From Macrostomum lignano (lineage: Eukaryota): a DNA stretch of 42,906 nt. The DNA is taken from assembly GCA_002269645.1 (NCBI GenBank), contig NIVC01004534.1, positions 1-42,906 on the forward strand. Direction: 5' to 3'. This document shows, piece after piece, positions 11,101 to 25,600 of this stretch; the first letter of the stretch is position 1, and every line of letters starts with the position of its first letter. The position numbers and the translations under genes are program-made. A model generated the notes under the pieces. It had not been told where the DNA came from. It was given only the letters and a program-made list of their open reading frames with translations, and did not search any database.

Positions 11101-13565
11101 GGGGAGAGTGGAGAGAGGAGGAGAGGGGAGAAAAAGGAGAGGGGAGAAAAAGGAGAGGGGAGAAAAGGAGAGGGGAGAAAAAGGAGAGGGGAGAAAAAGG
11201 AGAGGGGAATAGTGGGAAGAGAGTAGAGTGGAGACAGGTGGGGAGAGAGGAGAAGAGGGAAAGGGAGATTGGAAAAGCAAGAAGAGAGACGATACAGGGA
11301 GAGAAAGATGGAAGAAGCAGATGGAGAAAGGAGAGTTTGCTGTGAGACTGCAGCTGACAGCCAAAAAATCCTGATACCAAGAGACATTACGCCCCGCCGG
11401 ACTCACCGTTGGTTCTGCTTTCTGAGCACGGCCAGCTCCCTGTCCAGAGCCTCCTTGGCCTCGCCGAGGTCCTCGAGCTCCCGCTGTAGTCGCCGCCGAT
11501 GGGCCTTGGTCTGGGCCAGCTCCTCCTCCAGATCCTGCTGCTCACGCTTCGACTTTTTCTTCTCGGCCTGCATCCGGTCCAGTTGGCCGCGGAGCTGTTC
11601 GGACGCTTTGCGCTCGTCGTCAACCTGCGGATATTTGTGTGGCGGCTTAAATTCTTTTATTTCTACTGTTAGCTCGTAGTAGGCTGAAAAGAAACATTAA
11701 AAAGTTCGCCCGTTATTTGATAAATAGTACATCATGTACCTTGACCCTCAATTGTGATTAATAGCGCCTAATTTATCGGCCAGATGGGCTTTTGAGACTT
11801 TCAAAGTCCGAATTAGCGTGTCCTTAGCGCATCTTAGCGCCTGTCCTATTTTCTTAGTGTCTGTCTTAGTGTCTTTCTTAGTGTCTGCCTTATTGTCTCT
11901 TAGTGTCTGCCTTATTGTCTCTTAGTGTCTGCCTTATTGTCCCTTAGTGTCCGCCTTAGTGTCTGTCTTGTGTCCGCCTTAGTGTCTGTCTTATTGTCCG
12001 CCTTAGTGTCTGTCTTAGTGTCCGTCTTATTGTCTTTTAGGTCTTGTCTTATTGTTTATCCTAGTGTCTGTCTTAGTGTCTGCCTTATTGTCTTTTAGGT
12101 CTGTCTTAGTGTTTGTCCTAGTGTTTGTCTTAGTGTCTGTCTTAGTGTCTGCCTTATTGTCTTTTAGGTCTGTCTTAGTGTTTGTCCTAGTGTCTGTTTT
12201 AGTGTCTGTCTTAGTGTCTGCCTTATTGTCTTTTAGGTCTGTCTTAGTGTTTGTCCTAGTGTCTGTCATAGTGATTGTCCTAGTGTCTGTCTCAGTGTCC
12301 GCCTTATTGTCTTTTATTGTCTGTCTTAGTGTTTGTCCGAGTGTCTGTTTTAGTGTCGCTTAGTGCCTCTTAGTGTCTCGATCTTAGTGTCTGCCTTGTT
12401 GTCTCTTAGTGTCTGTCTTAGCGTCTGTCTTAATGCTTCTTAGTGTCCTCGTGTCTGTGCTATTGTCTGTGTTTGTGTTCGTCTTAATCAATCATAAAGG
12501 CACAGACGAAGTCAGTCAGAGTTGTCTCAATAGGAAACCACAACCACTCGACCAATTATACAGTGCATGTGCTAAGAAATGGTACCAATTAACTAATTAA
12601 CACACCTGCTGCTGCAGCTCCTTGACCCGCCGTTCCAACCGTTTAGCCGAGCGAGCCTCTTTAACTCGCTCTTTGCCCTCGGTGTCCAGCTGCTCCTCCA
12701 GCGTGGCAACTCGAGCCTCCAGGGCCGCGGCGCCAGCCTTGGCGCGCCTGACGCTGTCCTGCTCCAGTTCGGTGAGTTTGGCGGCCAAATCTTTCACTTG
12801 CCTATCCAAAGCGGCTCGTTGGGCTTCGAGTTTCTGAGCGATAACGCGCTCGTTTAATAGATCGGATTGAAGCGACTCGACCAGCTCCTCGGATCGGCGC
12901 AACCGGTCTCGAGCTTCTTCGCGCTCCTGCGGCGGGGATCAGGGCGGTATGGGATGTGGAATCGATAGTTCAGTAAGCAGATCTTCTTGTCTTAAGCATT
13001 GTCACTCCCATTACTGATTTGTGTCACTCCCGTTATTGATTCGTGCGTCACTCCCGTTACTGATCACAAAAACTTTTTTCAGATTCCCTTTAAACTTGCG
13101 ACATTTTTGTGCTGGTCTGTCAGACTGGTTGTCTTCTAAAATTGCGCCCCTAATGGCCTTAAAAGGTTATAATAATTGAGTTATTTTTTCAAACCTGCGC
13201 AGATTCCTCCGCGTCCTCCTCCAATTGATGAAGGCGCGTCTGCATCCGGCGCGTCTCCTCGGCCAGAGCGATCCGGCTCGTCTCAGCTATGCGCGCCTGC
13301 TCGGCCAGATCATCCCGCTCGGACACCAGTGCCCGACGCTGCCGCTCCGACGCTGTCAGATCGTCAAGCAGCTGCTGCCGCTCGCTGTCCATGTGGCGCA
13401 GCCGCTTCTCCGCTTCCTGTATGATGGGTGGTCAGTTGCACTTAAAGTAGCTAAGTAGCTTTGGTCGAATAGTTCAATTTCTACTTCTACTAACAGAACT
13501 TCTATTTTTAAACCTACAACAACAACAACAACTACTGCTGCTACTACTACTACTACTACTACTAT

Positions 13566-13600
<35 letters not shown>

Positions 13601-13601
13601 T

Positions 13602-13645
<44 letters not shown>

Positions 13646-13646
13646 T

Positions 13647-13684
<38 letters not shown>

Positions 13685-16600
13685 TTACTACTACTGTGCA
13701 ACTACTACTACTATTACTACTACTACTACTACTCTACTACTACTACTACTACTTGCAAAAACTACTACTACTACTGCTACTACTGCTACTACTACTACTG
13801 CTACTACTACTACTACTACTACTACTGCTACTACTACTACTACTGCTACTACTACTGCATACTTACACGGAGACAAATTACAAACCTTATAATGAGTAAC
13901 AGTGTCCTCTTTGACGGTGGTGGCAACTTCAGCCTCTTGTTGCAAAGATTGATAGGCCTGCTGCACTTTGCGCAACTGCTTGAGCGCCTCCTCCTTCTGT
14001 TGGTTGGCGTCCTCGAAGGCAGTCAGCAGGTTGCTGTAGTCCGACTCCATCTTCTTGCGAGCGGATACCGCGGTGCAGCGGGTCTTGCGTTCGTCTTCAA
14101 CCTCCAGTTCGAGATCCTTTAACTGTTTGGCCATCTGACGCCTGGTTTCGTCGGCCTGGTCTTCGCGATCGCGCAGCTCTTTGAGGTGGCCATCCTTGGC
14201 CGCTTGAAGGTTCACCTAGAGGAGATTGAGGATCAGCGGCTTCGTGTACATTAGTTTTGGCGTTATAGAAAATGATGGGGATCAGCCCAAGTGATGGGGA
14301 TCAACGCACCTGCATGATGGGGATCAGCCCAATTAATGGGGATCAGCCCAAGTGATGGGGATCAGCTCACCTGATGGGGATCAGCCCAAGTAATGGGGAT
14401 GAGCCCAAGTGATGGGGATCAGCCCAAGTGATGGGGATCAGCCCAAGTGGTGGGGATCAGCCCAAGTGATGGGGATCAGCGCACCTAATGGGGATCAGCC
14501 CAAATGATGGGGATCAGCCCAAGTAATGGGGATCAGCGCACCTGATGGGGATCAGCCCAAATGATGGGGATCAGCCCAAGTAATGGGGATCAGCGCACCT
14601 AATGGGGATCAGCCCAAATGATGGGGATCAGCCCAAGTAATGGGGATCAGCGCACCTGATGGGGATCAGCCCAAATGATGGGGATCAGCCCAAGTAATGG
14701 GGATCAGCGCACCTAATGGGGATCAGCCCAAATGGTGGGGATCAGCCCAAGTGATGGGGATCAGCGCACCTAATGGGGATCAGCCCAAATGATGGGGATC
14801 AGCCCAAGTAATGGGGATCAGCGCACCTGATGGGGATCAACCCAAGTGATGGGGATCAGCCCAAGTAATGGGGATAAGCTGACATGATGCAGCACAAACC
14901 TCCAAACGAAGTCTCGCATCCTCGCTGATGGTCAGTTCCTCTTCCAGCTCCTCGAGTTGCACCTGCATTTCGTCCAGCTTGGCCTCCAGAGCCAATTTGC
15001 TCCGCTCGAGTCCGTGCGCACTCTTGCCGACATCGTCTTTGCTGGCCAGCAGCTCCTCCAGTTCGCGCGACTGAGCCGTTCGACAGCGCTCGGAGTCTTC
15101 TAAACGCTCGGCGAGGTCGGCGGACTCCGCCTGCAGCTGCAGGATGCGGGACTCGCGTTCTCTGTGATCCGTGTGTGATCGATTGGCGGAGTGAGATAAT
15201 ATTGTATCAATTAGATGCGTCTGCGAACAGCTGAGAGACAGACAGACAGACAGACAGAAAGACAGACAGACACACAGACAGACACAGACAGACACAGACA
15301 GACACAGACAGACACAGACAGACACACACAGACAGACACAGACAGACACAGACAGACACAGACAGACACAGACAGACACAGACAGACACACAGACAGACA
15401 CAGACAGACACACAGACAGACCTGGCCTCCACAGTCAGCCTGTCTTTATCCGCCTGCAGCTGAGCCGAGCGGGCCTGCAGTTCAGCGTAGCGCTCGTCGA
15501 ATTTCTTATGCCGCCGCTCCAGCTCCATCAGCTCCTTGCGCAGCGTCTCCTTGGCGTGCTGCAGGTCATCGAATTCGCCGGCCATCTTCCGCCTGCCCTT
15601 CTCCATCTTGTCAGCGTGGGCCTGGGCGAGAAATTTTTGAGGTATTAGCGACAAATCTCCTCACAATAATAAATGTAGCTCACAAATCTCATCACCCCAA
15701 TTCCCCCCAACTCACAAATCTCACACAGGTCGCAGCACAGGGAAATCAGAATATAATATACAGGTAGCCCCAATCATCCGCACCTGAGCCTCCTCCAGCC
15801 GGCTGGCGAGTCCCTCGCAGTCACGCCGCAGTTTGCCTCGCTGCTCCTCGAGTTCGCTGATCACTTCGGCGTCCTCGGCTGCTTTGCGTTTCAACTCGAC
15901 TGCCTGAGCCTGCAGGGTGGCGGCCTGCCGCTCCAGCTGCTGACGGCCGGCCTCGGACTCGGCGTGCGCCTCAGTCAGGCGGTGCAGCGACTCCTCGGCT
16001 GAGCGCTGCTTTGCCTGTTAGAGATTAGTTTTTCGCTTATAATAATAATAATAATAATAATAATACTAATACTAATTGCAGGAGAGCTGCGGGCACCATT
16101 TCCGCAGACTCCTGAGCTCATCATACAAGCGCGCCAATACTGTACGCAGGCACGCACTCACACACACGCTCACACAGGGTGTACAGCGGCCCTGACTGTC
16201 TAATCGTCTGGCATGTACACTCTCTGTGCCTTGGGAGTTTGGGGGCTAGTCCTATTAACCCTCGCGCACCTGCAGCTCCAGCTTCTGCCTAGTCTCCTCC
16301 TCCAACGCGGCCTCCAGTTCGCGGCGTTGCACGTCCAGGCCCGAGGCGGCTTTCTCGGCTTTAATCAGCCTGGCCTCGGCGTCCTCTAGCAGGGCTTGGC
16401 TAGTCTCCGCGTCCTTCCTAGCCCGCTCGGCCAGGTCCGCCTGCTCCAGGCGCCTGGCCTCGCTGTCCTGCAGTCGGGCTTCAACTTCTAGCAGGCGCTG
16501 TTCCAAAGCTTTCCGCTTCCGATCGCTCTCCTGCTTGGCGGCGCCCAGGGATTTAGCTTCGGCTGCCAGGCCGGTGGCCTCCGTCTCCAATTGTTGCCGG

Positions 16601-19600
16601 GCCTTCTCGGAGGTCTGCCTGGCCCGCCGACCGGCCTCCAGCTGTTCCTGCAGTTCCACGATTGCCCGGGCATGGCGCTGCTTGGCCTCAGCTAGCTGGG
16701 TCTCCTTGGCGGCCTGCTCCGCTTCGAGGGCCGTTTTTAGTGCCAGCATCTCTTCGTTGCGTCGACGATTGAGCTCCTGCTGGACATTGTTGGAATCCTG
16801 CTGATCCTCAAATTCCAGTTTGAGAGCTTCCAGCTCTTCGCTTAGGTCGCGTTTCTGCTTCTCGGCTCGGTCTCTGCGGGGTTGGGGAAGATAGTGACAG
16901 GTGGGGAAGATGGTGACGGATGGGGAAGATGGTGACGGATGGGGAAGATGGTGACAGATGAGGAAGATGGTGACAGATGGGGAAGATGTTGACAGGTGAG
17001 TGACTGTGTGGGGAAGATGGTCACTGGTGAGTGACTGGGTGGCGAAGATGGTGACTGGTGAGTGACTGGGTGGCGAAGATGGTGACTGGTGAGTGACTGG
17101 GTGGCGAAGATGGTGACTGGTGAGTGAATGGGTGGCGAAGATGGTGACTGGTGAGTGACTGTGTGGGGAAGATGGTGACTGGTGAGTGACTGTGTGGGGA
17201 AGATGGTGACAGGTGAGTGACAGTAGATAAAGACAGGTGGGCGTGATAAAGATGACAAGAAAGTTTCAACACGTCCAGTTACAAAGAATAATACAACAAT
17301 CAAGCTCGGACAGCTTAAAGTCTCACCGAGCGGCCCGTTCAACATCCAAATCCTCGAGCAGCTCGCTGTTTTTAACCTCAAGATCGCGGGCCGACTTCTG
17401 GGCCAGGCCGCGCGCTGCCGCCTCCTCGTCTGCCCGCGACTGCAGCCGCTGCAGCTCCTCCTCTAGGCGGGCGCACTGGGCCTGCTGCTCCGCCTGACGG
17501 CTGGTCGCCTCCTCGAGTTCCTCGGTGCGCTCGGCCAACTCCGATTCCAGACGCCGTTTGGCTCGTTCGAAGTCCTTAAGAAAACACAGGGGCAATTGGT
17601 GAAACAGCCAAGTTCAAATTTATTAGCAACTTCGCTCACCTGTCGCGAATCCTTTTCATGCTGCAGGCGCTCTTCCAGCTCTTTGATGATGCTCTCGTGC
17701 TTGGCCTTCAGCTTGGCCAGTGTCCGGCCGCGCTCCTCCTCCTCGGCCAGGTCGGAGCTGATCTCCGACAGCTGCTCTTCTAGCGAGCGCTTCTCAACTG
17801 CCAGCTTATGTGACTGGTCGTCTAGGCTGGCCGTGCGCGACTCCAGCTCGCGTACGCGCGCCTCAAGGGCCAACTTCTCCATCTGCGGGGAAAGGGGCCG
17901 GAATATGAGGATCTGGGAGGCTGGCTGCTCAGTCTGAGGATCTGGGAGGCTGGCTGCTCAGCCTGAGGATCTGGGAGGCTGGCTGCTCAGCCTGAGGATC
18001 TGGGAGGCTGGCTGCTCAGTCTGAGGATCTGAGAGGCTGGCTGCTCAGCCTGAGGATCTGGGAGGCTGGCTGCTCAGTCTGAGGATCTGAGAGGCTGGCT
18101 GCTCAGCCTGAGGATCTGGGAGGCTGGCTGCTCAGCCTGAGGATCTGGGAGGCTGGCTGCTCAGCCTGAGAATCTGGGAGGCTGGCTGCTCAGCCTGAGG
18201 ATCTGGGAGGCTGGCTGCTCAGTCTGAGGATCTGGGAGGCTGGCTGCTCAGCCTGAGGATCTGGGAGGCTGGCTGCTCAGTCTGAAGATCTGGGAGGCTG
18301 GCTGCTCAGCCTGAGGATCTGGGAGGCTGGCTGCTCAGTCTGAGGATCTGAGAGGCTGGCTGCTCAGCCTGAGGATCTGGGGCTGCTCAGTCTGAGGATC
18401 TGGGGCTGCTCAGTCTGAAGATCTGGGGCTGCTCAGTCTGAAGATCTGGGAGGCTGGCTGCTCAGCCGGAGGATTAGCCATTTTACGCAAAAACTTCCAT
18501 AACAAGCGCGTCTACAAACCTGCGCCTTCTGCTTGGCTTCCTCGGATGCTTCAAGCTGCTCCTCCGTGTCGGCCAGCAGCTGCTGCCCGGCCCGCCGCTC
18601 GCTCTCCAGCCGGCCGCATTTGGCGTATTCTTCTTCTAGTTGCAGGCGCAGCTCCTCTAGCAGAGCGGAAAGCTCGGCAGATTTGGCGCTTAACTTCTCC
18701 CTGGCGTCCTCGGCCTCGGCCAGGCTGTCCCGCTCCCGCTGCAGTTCGTCACGCATAGCGTGGCTCTCGGCAGACAGCTGCGCATAGGACTGCTTGTAGT
18801 CGGCCAGCTCGGTAGCGGCCCGGTCCCCGGCCTCGCGCAGTTGACGGATCTCGGCGTCCTTGGCCTGCACCACCTCCTCCTGGCGAGTCACCTACGGGCG
18901 CGGAGGACGCGGAGAGAGGTTTTGACTGGGTTGGATTGCATATGCTACTGGTTGTGATGGAACTTAGAGTTTCATTTAGATACAAATGATACGATGGTTT
19001 TAAACGGTTGCGGTAGGTTTACATGGGTTTCTGTGGGTTTCAACCGCTCCCGTGAAATTAAACAGGTTCTAGTGGGTTCATATTGGTTCTCGTGGGTTCA
19101 GATCGGTTCTGGTGGGCTCATATCGGTTCTAGTGGGTTCATACTGGTTCTCGTGGGTTCATATCAGCCCTAGTGGGTTCATACTGGTTCTCGTGGGTTCA
19201 TATCAGTCCTAGTGGGTTCATATAGGTTCTAGTGGGTATCGTTTCTAGTGGGTTCATACTGTATCTGTTCTAGTGGGTTCATATCGGTCCTAGTGGGTTC
19301 AGATGGGTTCTAGTGGGTTCACATTAGTTAGTGACTTAATCAGCACTTAAAAGACAAGGCAGAGACAAAAGTACATCACTCACCTGAAGCAGAGGCCTGA
19401 CTTTGGTGTAGAGGCGCCACCAGGCCCAGTTGCGCAATCGCAGATAGGCGGTGCAATTGCGCTGGATAACCCGGCTAGCGTTGGACTGTTGGATGCGTTT
19501 CTGGCAGGCTCGGCGGGCCAGGAAGCCGCGGGCGCAAGCCTGCAATGTGCGGCGGGCCAGGCCGTTGAAATAGTAAATAGTTTTGAGCGCTGTAGGACCA

Positions 19601-22600
19601 GTTAATGCATGACTGAGCGCCATATTGAGTGTTGTCGGGGCGCCATATTGTGTTATTGAGGCGCCATATTGAGCGTTGTTGGGGCGCCATATTGAGTGTT
19701 GTTGGGGCGCCATATTGAGTGTTGTTGGGGCGCCATATTGAGTGTTGTCGGGGTGCCATATTGAGTGTTGTTGGGGCGCCATATTGTGTTATTGAGGCGC
19801 CATAATGAGCGTTGTTGGGGCGCCATATTGAGTGTTGTTGGGGCGCCATATTGAGTGTTGTTGGGGCGCCATATTGTGTTATTGAGGCACCATAATGAGC
19901 GTTGTTGGGGCGCCATATTGAGTGTTGTTGGGGCGCCATATTGTGTTATTGAGGCACCATAATGAGCGTTGTTGGGGCGCCATATTGAGTGTTGTTGGGG
20001 CGCCATATTGAGTGTTGTTGGGGCGCCATATTGAGTGTTGTTGGGGCGCCATATTGAGTGTTGTCGGGGCGCCATGTTGTGTTATTGAGGCGTCATATTG
20101 AGTGTTGTTGGGGCGCCATATTGAGTGTTGTTGGGGCGCCATATTGAGTGTTGTTGGGGCGTCATATTGAGTGTTGTCGGGGCGCATATTGAGTGTTGTC
20201 GGGGCGCCATATTGAGTGTTTTTGAGGTGCCACATTGCGTTTCGAGGCGCCACATTGAGTGTCAAGGCGCCAATTTCGAGGCGCCACATTGAGTGTCAAG
20301 GCGCCAATTTCGAGGCGCCACACTGAGTGTCAAGGCGCCAATTTCGAGGCGCCACATTGAGTGTCGAGGCGCCTAATTAAGTGTCAAAGAGCAAACTGAG
20401 CATTGAGCCAATCTTGGCGGTCAAGCTTACCGCACCAGTAAGATCGCATAAAACATTCATAAATTCCAGACTAAAGGAGCACACATCCCAGGCAAGACTC
20501 ACCTGAAAGCCGACAATATATTCGGCCAGTCGTTTGTCCCGCTCCTCCTCAAGGAAGGCGACTACCCCGGCCCGGAAGAACACTTTGCTCTGGCCAATAC
20601 GGTAGAGCGTCGAGTCTAATTCCAGACTGCGGACCATTCGTTCAACAGCCTGCCGACCGTCCATAAAGCCTTTGGGTATGGCGCCAGGGCATAGAATCTC
20701 GTAGCGCTGCTTGAACTCGTGAAATAGAATCCTATTCGGGTAGCCTTGGCGACAGATCCGGATGCCTTCCAGTACGCCGTTGCAGCGCAGCTGCTCCAGC
20801 ACAAGCACACTGTCCAAGCGGCCAGCCCGTTTCTCGTGGTTCGGTATGATGCAGCGAACAAAATTAGGCGATGTATTGTTCAACACGGACATCAGCCTGG
20901 CTAGCTGCTCTTTGTAAAGCTGGCCGACTGTCCTGAACATGCCCTTCTTGGTGCGCTGACCGAACACAGTCTCGCTGGCTGCCTGAGCTGCCAGGCCAAC
21001 AACATTATCAACACCTTTCCACAGGCTCGCAACAAACTGATCGGACGAATTTTGCAACACGGCTACGACATTCTCATTGAGCGGATCCTGATTCTTCTGT
21101 AGCCAGTTGTCGGCTGAGTAATCCACTCTGCCGGCGTAGTGAAGAACGGAGAAACCGTTGATTGCGCTTTTCTTTAAACTGGCCTTAGCGAATTTCGGGT
21201 GCTGGTCGAAATTTCTCTGCAGCTTCTCAACGAAGCTCTTATCCGTAGCCTTGGGGAACCAGCACTCTTCGTCTAGGATGGCGAAGATGCCCATCTGTTG
21301 CTTGTCAATCATTGGCGTCTTCTCAATCAGATCGATGGTTGGCTGCAAGTCCAAACCAAAGTCGATGAATTTCCATTCGATGCCCTCTTTCTGGTACTCC
21401 TCCTGTTCCAGGATGAACATCGTGTGGTTAAACAGCTGCTGCAGCTTCTCGTTAGTGTAGTTAATGCACAGCTGTTCGAAACTATTCAGCTCGAATATTT
21501 CAAAGCCGGCAATGTCCAGGATGCCAATAAAGTGAGCACTTTGACGAGCTTTGCTGCGGTCCAATGACCGATTGATTCTGGTCACTAGCCAGCGGAACAG
21601 CCTCTCGTAGATGGCCTTGGAGATGGCTTCAACGGCGAACACTGCCTGTTCTTGGCTCTGCGATTTGTTAACAAACTCGCGGCCTACGCGAATGCGCGGC
21701 CTGAGGAAGGCGCGTACGAGATCGTTGACCTGCAGGCCGAGCAGGTGGCAGGCCTTCTGGGCCACTGGCCGGGGCGTGTTGGGTTGGAAGAGAGGCTCGA
21801 GATGAATTTTTATGTAGTTTGATGCATTCACTGTAAGTGACCGATACAAGCACCCTAGAGTCACTTGCAGGTAACACAGGTAAAATAGGAATTCAGTGAC
21901 TCTAGAAGACTCTAAAACTACGAAATTTCACGCTTCAAATCGCCAAAAAGTCATCAAAGGGTCGCTTAGGAGTCAATTTGAGGCGTTTTTTGTCTGCCTC
22001 TGAGTCGTATCTGAGGCGTGCTGGAGTCGCTGCAGAATCACTGAGTTTTGTGTCTAAAGCGCATCTGCGTCACTTTATGAATTAGAATCGCATTTCGCAG
22101 CCGCATAACTTTATTAGTCTACTTGAGTTAGTAGAGAATTAGGCGCTAACACAACGACTCTTGGATAACTTTTTGAGACTCTTTTACGATTCTGCAACTC
22201 ACGTGATGCGCTCGTGACTCAGTAGTCAACTCTCCGTCGCATTGCACTCGTTTGAGTCGTTAAAAAGTCACAAGAGTCACCAAAGAGTCGCTAGAGTCAC
22301 TAGTGAGTTGTCACGGTGACGGTTTCAACGGGGGAGGGCAGCTGCCGCCCTAGTGAAATTTGGGATTACTATTGCTTAACTACAATGGGGTCGGAGCCAT
22401 CCAGGGAAGGTCAAGAGGGTCAACTGCCCCTTCCCCTTTTTAGTGACAAAAGATGCTCAGGACAAAATTTCGCTTGCAGCGGTATAGTGGCACTAAAATC
22501 CAGCGCTTAAAAGTCGGTCACTGACAGTTGGGATGCAAAAATATAAAGCGCCTCATCTCACCCGAGCTGTCAGGCATGCTGGCCTGGTCGGCATTCCTGT

Positions 22601-25600
22601 CCTGCTTGAACACCATCGAGCCCAACTGTAGGACGGCGCTGATGACGCGAAATATGGCTGCAATTGTGCGCATGAACTAGCAGATTTTACCGATTGATTT
22701 CGCATTAGCCTACTGAGATAATTAGTGTAAATAGAGGGCAGAAAGTATAACTGTTTAGAATACTTGGCTAGTTTTAATATTTATCACTCGATACTTATAT
22801 ATGAACGATATAGATGCTCAGTGCTCTAAAAGAATGAGTCATGCGCATTAAAATTTTCATGTTGAAGCAAACCCGAAGGGAAATCGAAAGAATTCCTCGC
22901 AGATTACTGAGATTTGAAGCCTTTCCTAGAACTCGGTGCAAGATGGAAGACATAAAAATGCATAGCGGCATAAATCAATATATCTGAACTCTAAGGGTGC
23001 CCAGTCTGTACATGTAAATCCTATCACTCAATCTTACCGAAGTCTATGATGAATCTACCGAAGTCTATGATGAATCTACCGAAGTCTATGATGAATCTAC
23101 CGAAGTCCATAATAAACCTACCGAAGTCTATGATGAATCTACCGAAGTCTATGATGAATCTACCGAAGTCTATGATGAATCTACCGAAGTCTATGATGAA
23201 TCTACCGAAGTCTATGATGAATCTACCGAAGTCTATGATGAATCTACCGAAGTCTATGATGAATCTACCGAAGTCTATGATGAATCTACCGAAGTCTATG
23301 ATGAATCTACCGAAGTCTATGATGAATCTACCGAAGTCCAAATTAAACCTACCGAAGTCCATGATAAACCTACCGAAGTCTATTATTAACCTACCGAAGT
23401 CCATGATAAACCTACTGAATTATATGATAAATCTACCTAAATCGTTGATGAACATACTGTAGACAGACAATAAACCTACTGAAGACAAACGATAAACCTA
23501 CTGAAGAAAAACGATAAACCTACTGAAGTCAAACGATAAACCTACTGAAGACAAACGATATAAACCTACTGAAGACAAACGATAAACCTACTGAAGACAA
23601 ACGATAAACCTACCGAAGACAAACGATAAACCTACCGAAGACAAACGATAAACCTACTGAAGACAAACGATAAACCTACCGAAGACAAACGATAAACCTA
23701 CCGAAGACAAACGATAAACCTACCGAAGACAAACGATAAACCTACCGAAGACAACCCCTCTCAAAGCAGCTGCAGTTTCGGCCAACTTACAAACTCGCTC
23801 CTCCTGAGCGATGCCCATGATGTCCATGGCCTGCAGAGTCTCTTCAAACGCGGCATTATCGTCAACTCCAGGGACGGGCAGCTGACCGTTGCTCAAATAC
23901 TTATAAGCTGACGGCTGCTCAAGCAATAGCTGACTGCGCAGGTCCTCATCGCGGCTTGACAAAAGCTGATAGAATATGTGAAAGCAGCGCTCGTCCTTTG
24001 CTTGTTGAATAACTCGCGCCTTTTCTAGCAGGTCTACGTAGTTGCGTTAGTTTGTTACCATGGCGATGTAAGGAATATAGACCGATTGATTTGAATTAAA
24101 AGAATATCATAATTATCAAGTGTATAACTGATAGTCATTATCATATGCATTCCGGATACCGCTAGGATAATCATCATGACGGGCATTACTCATATAATCA
24201 TGAGAGGCATCAATCGAATAATCATCATGACGGGCATCACTCGGAAAATCATCATCATAGGCATCACTCGGATAATAATCATGACGGGCATTACTCGGAA
24301 AATCATCATGATAGGCATCACTCGGATAATCATCATGATAGGCATCACTCGGATAATCATCACGATAGGCATCACTCGGATAATCATCATGATAGGCATC
24401 ACTCGGATAATCGTCATGACAGAAATCACTCGGATAATCATCATGACAGAAATCACTCGGATAATCATCATGATAGGCATCACTCAGATAATCATCATGA
24501 TAGGCATCACTCGGATAATCATCACGATAGGCATCACTCGGATAATCATCATGATAGGCATCACTCGGATAATCGTCATGACAGAAATCACTCGGATAAT
24601 CATCATGACAGAAATCACTCGGATAATCATCATGACAGAAATCACTCGGATAAATCATCACGATAGGCATCACTCGGATAATAATCATGATAGGCATCAC
24701 TCGGATAATAATCATGATAGGCATCACTCGAATAATCGTCATGACAGAAATCACTCGGATAATCATCATGATAGGCATCACTCGGATAATAATCATCACG
24801 CGCATCACTCGGATAATCATCATGATAGGCATCACTCGAATAATCGTCATGACAGAAATCACTCGGATAATCATCATGATAGGCATCACTCGGATAATAA
24901 TCATGACGCGCATCACTCGGATAATCATCATGATAGGCATCACTCGAATAATCGTCATGACAGAAATCACTCGGATAATCATCATGATAGGCATCACTCG
25001 GATAATAATCATGACGCGCATCACTCGGATAATCATCATGATAGGCATCACTCGAATAATCGTCATGACAGAAATCACTCGGATAATCATCATGATAGGC
25101 ATCACTCGGATAATCATCATGATAGGCATCACTCGGATAATCATCATGATAGGCATCACTCGGATAATCATCATGATAGGCATCACTCGGATAATAATCA
25201 TGACGCGCATCACTCGGATAATCATCATGATAGGCATCACTCGAATAATCGTCATGACAGAAATCACTCGGATAATCATCATGATAGGCATCACTCGGAT
25301 AATCATCAAGATAGGCATCACTCGGATAATCATCATGATAGGCATCACTCGGATAATCATCATGATAGGCATCACTCGGATAATCATCAAGATAGGCATC
25401 ACTCGGATAATCATCATGATAGGCATCACTCGGATAATCATCAAGATTGGCATCACTCGAATAATCGTCATGACAGAAATCACTCGGATAATCATCATGA
25501 TAGGCATCACTCGGATAATCATCAAGATAGGCATCACTCGGATAATCATCATGATAGGCATCACTCGGATAATCATCAAGATAGGCATCACTCGAATAAT

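Noticed and set aside
10830-11406. Read-through of myosin exon 20 into 170-185 aa Ser/Leu/Pro/Phe-rich ORFs as a tail isoform
   Set aside because: A consensus GTGAGT donor sits at 11406, and the ORFs come from a pyrimidine-rich low-complexity tract.
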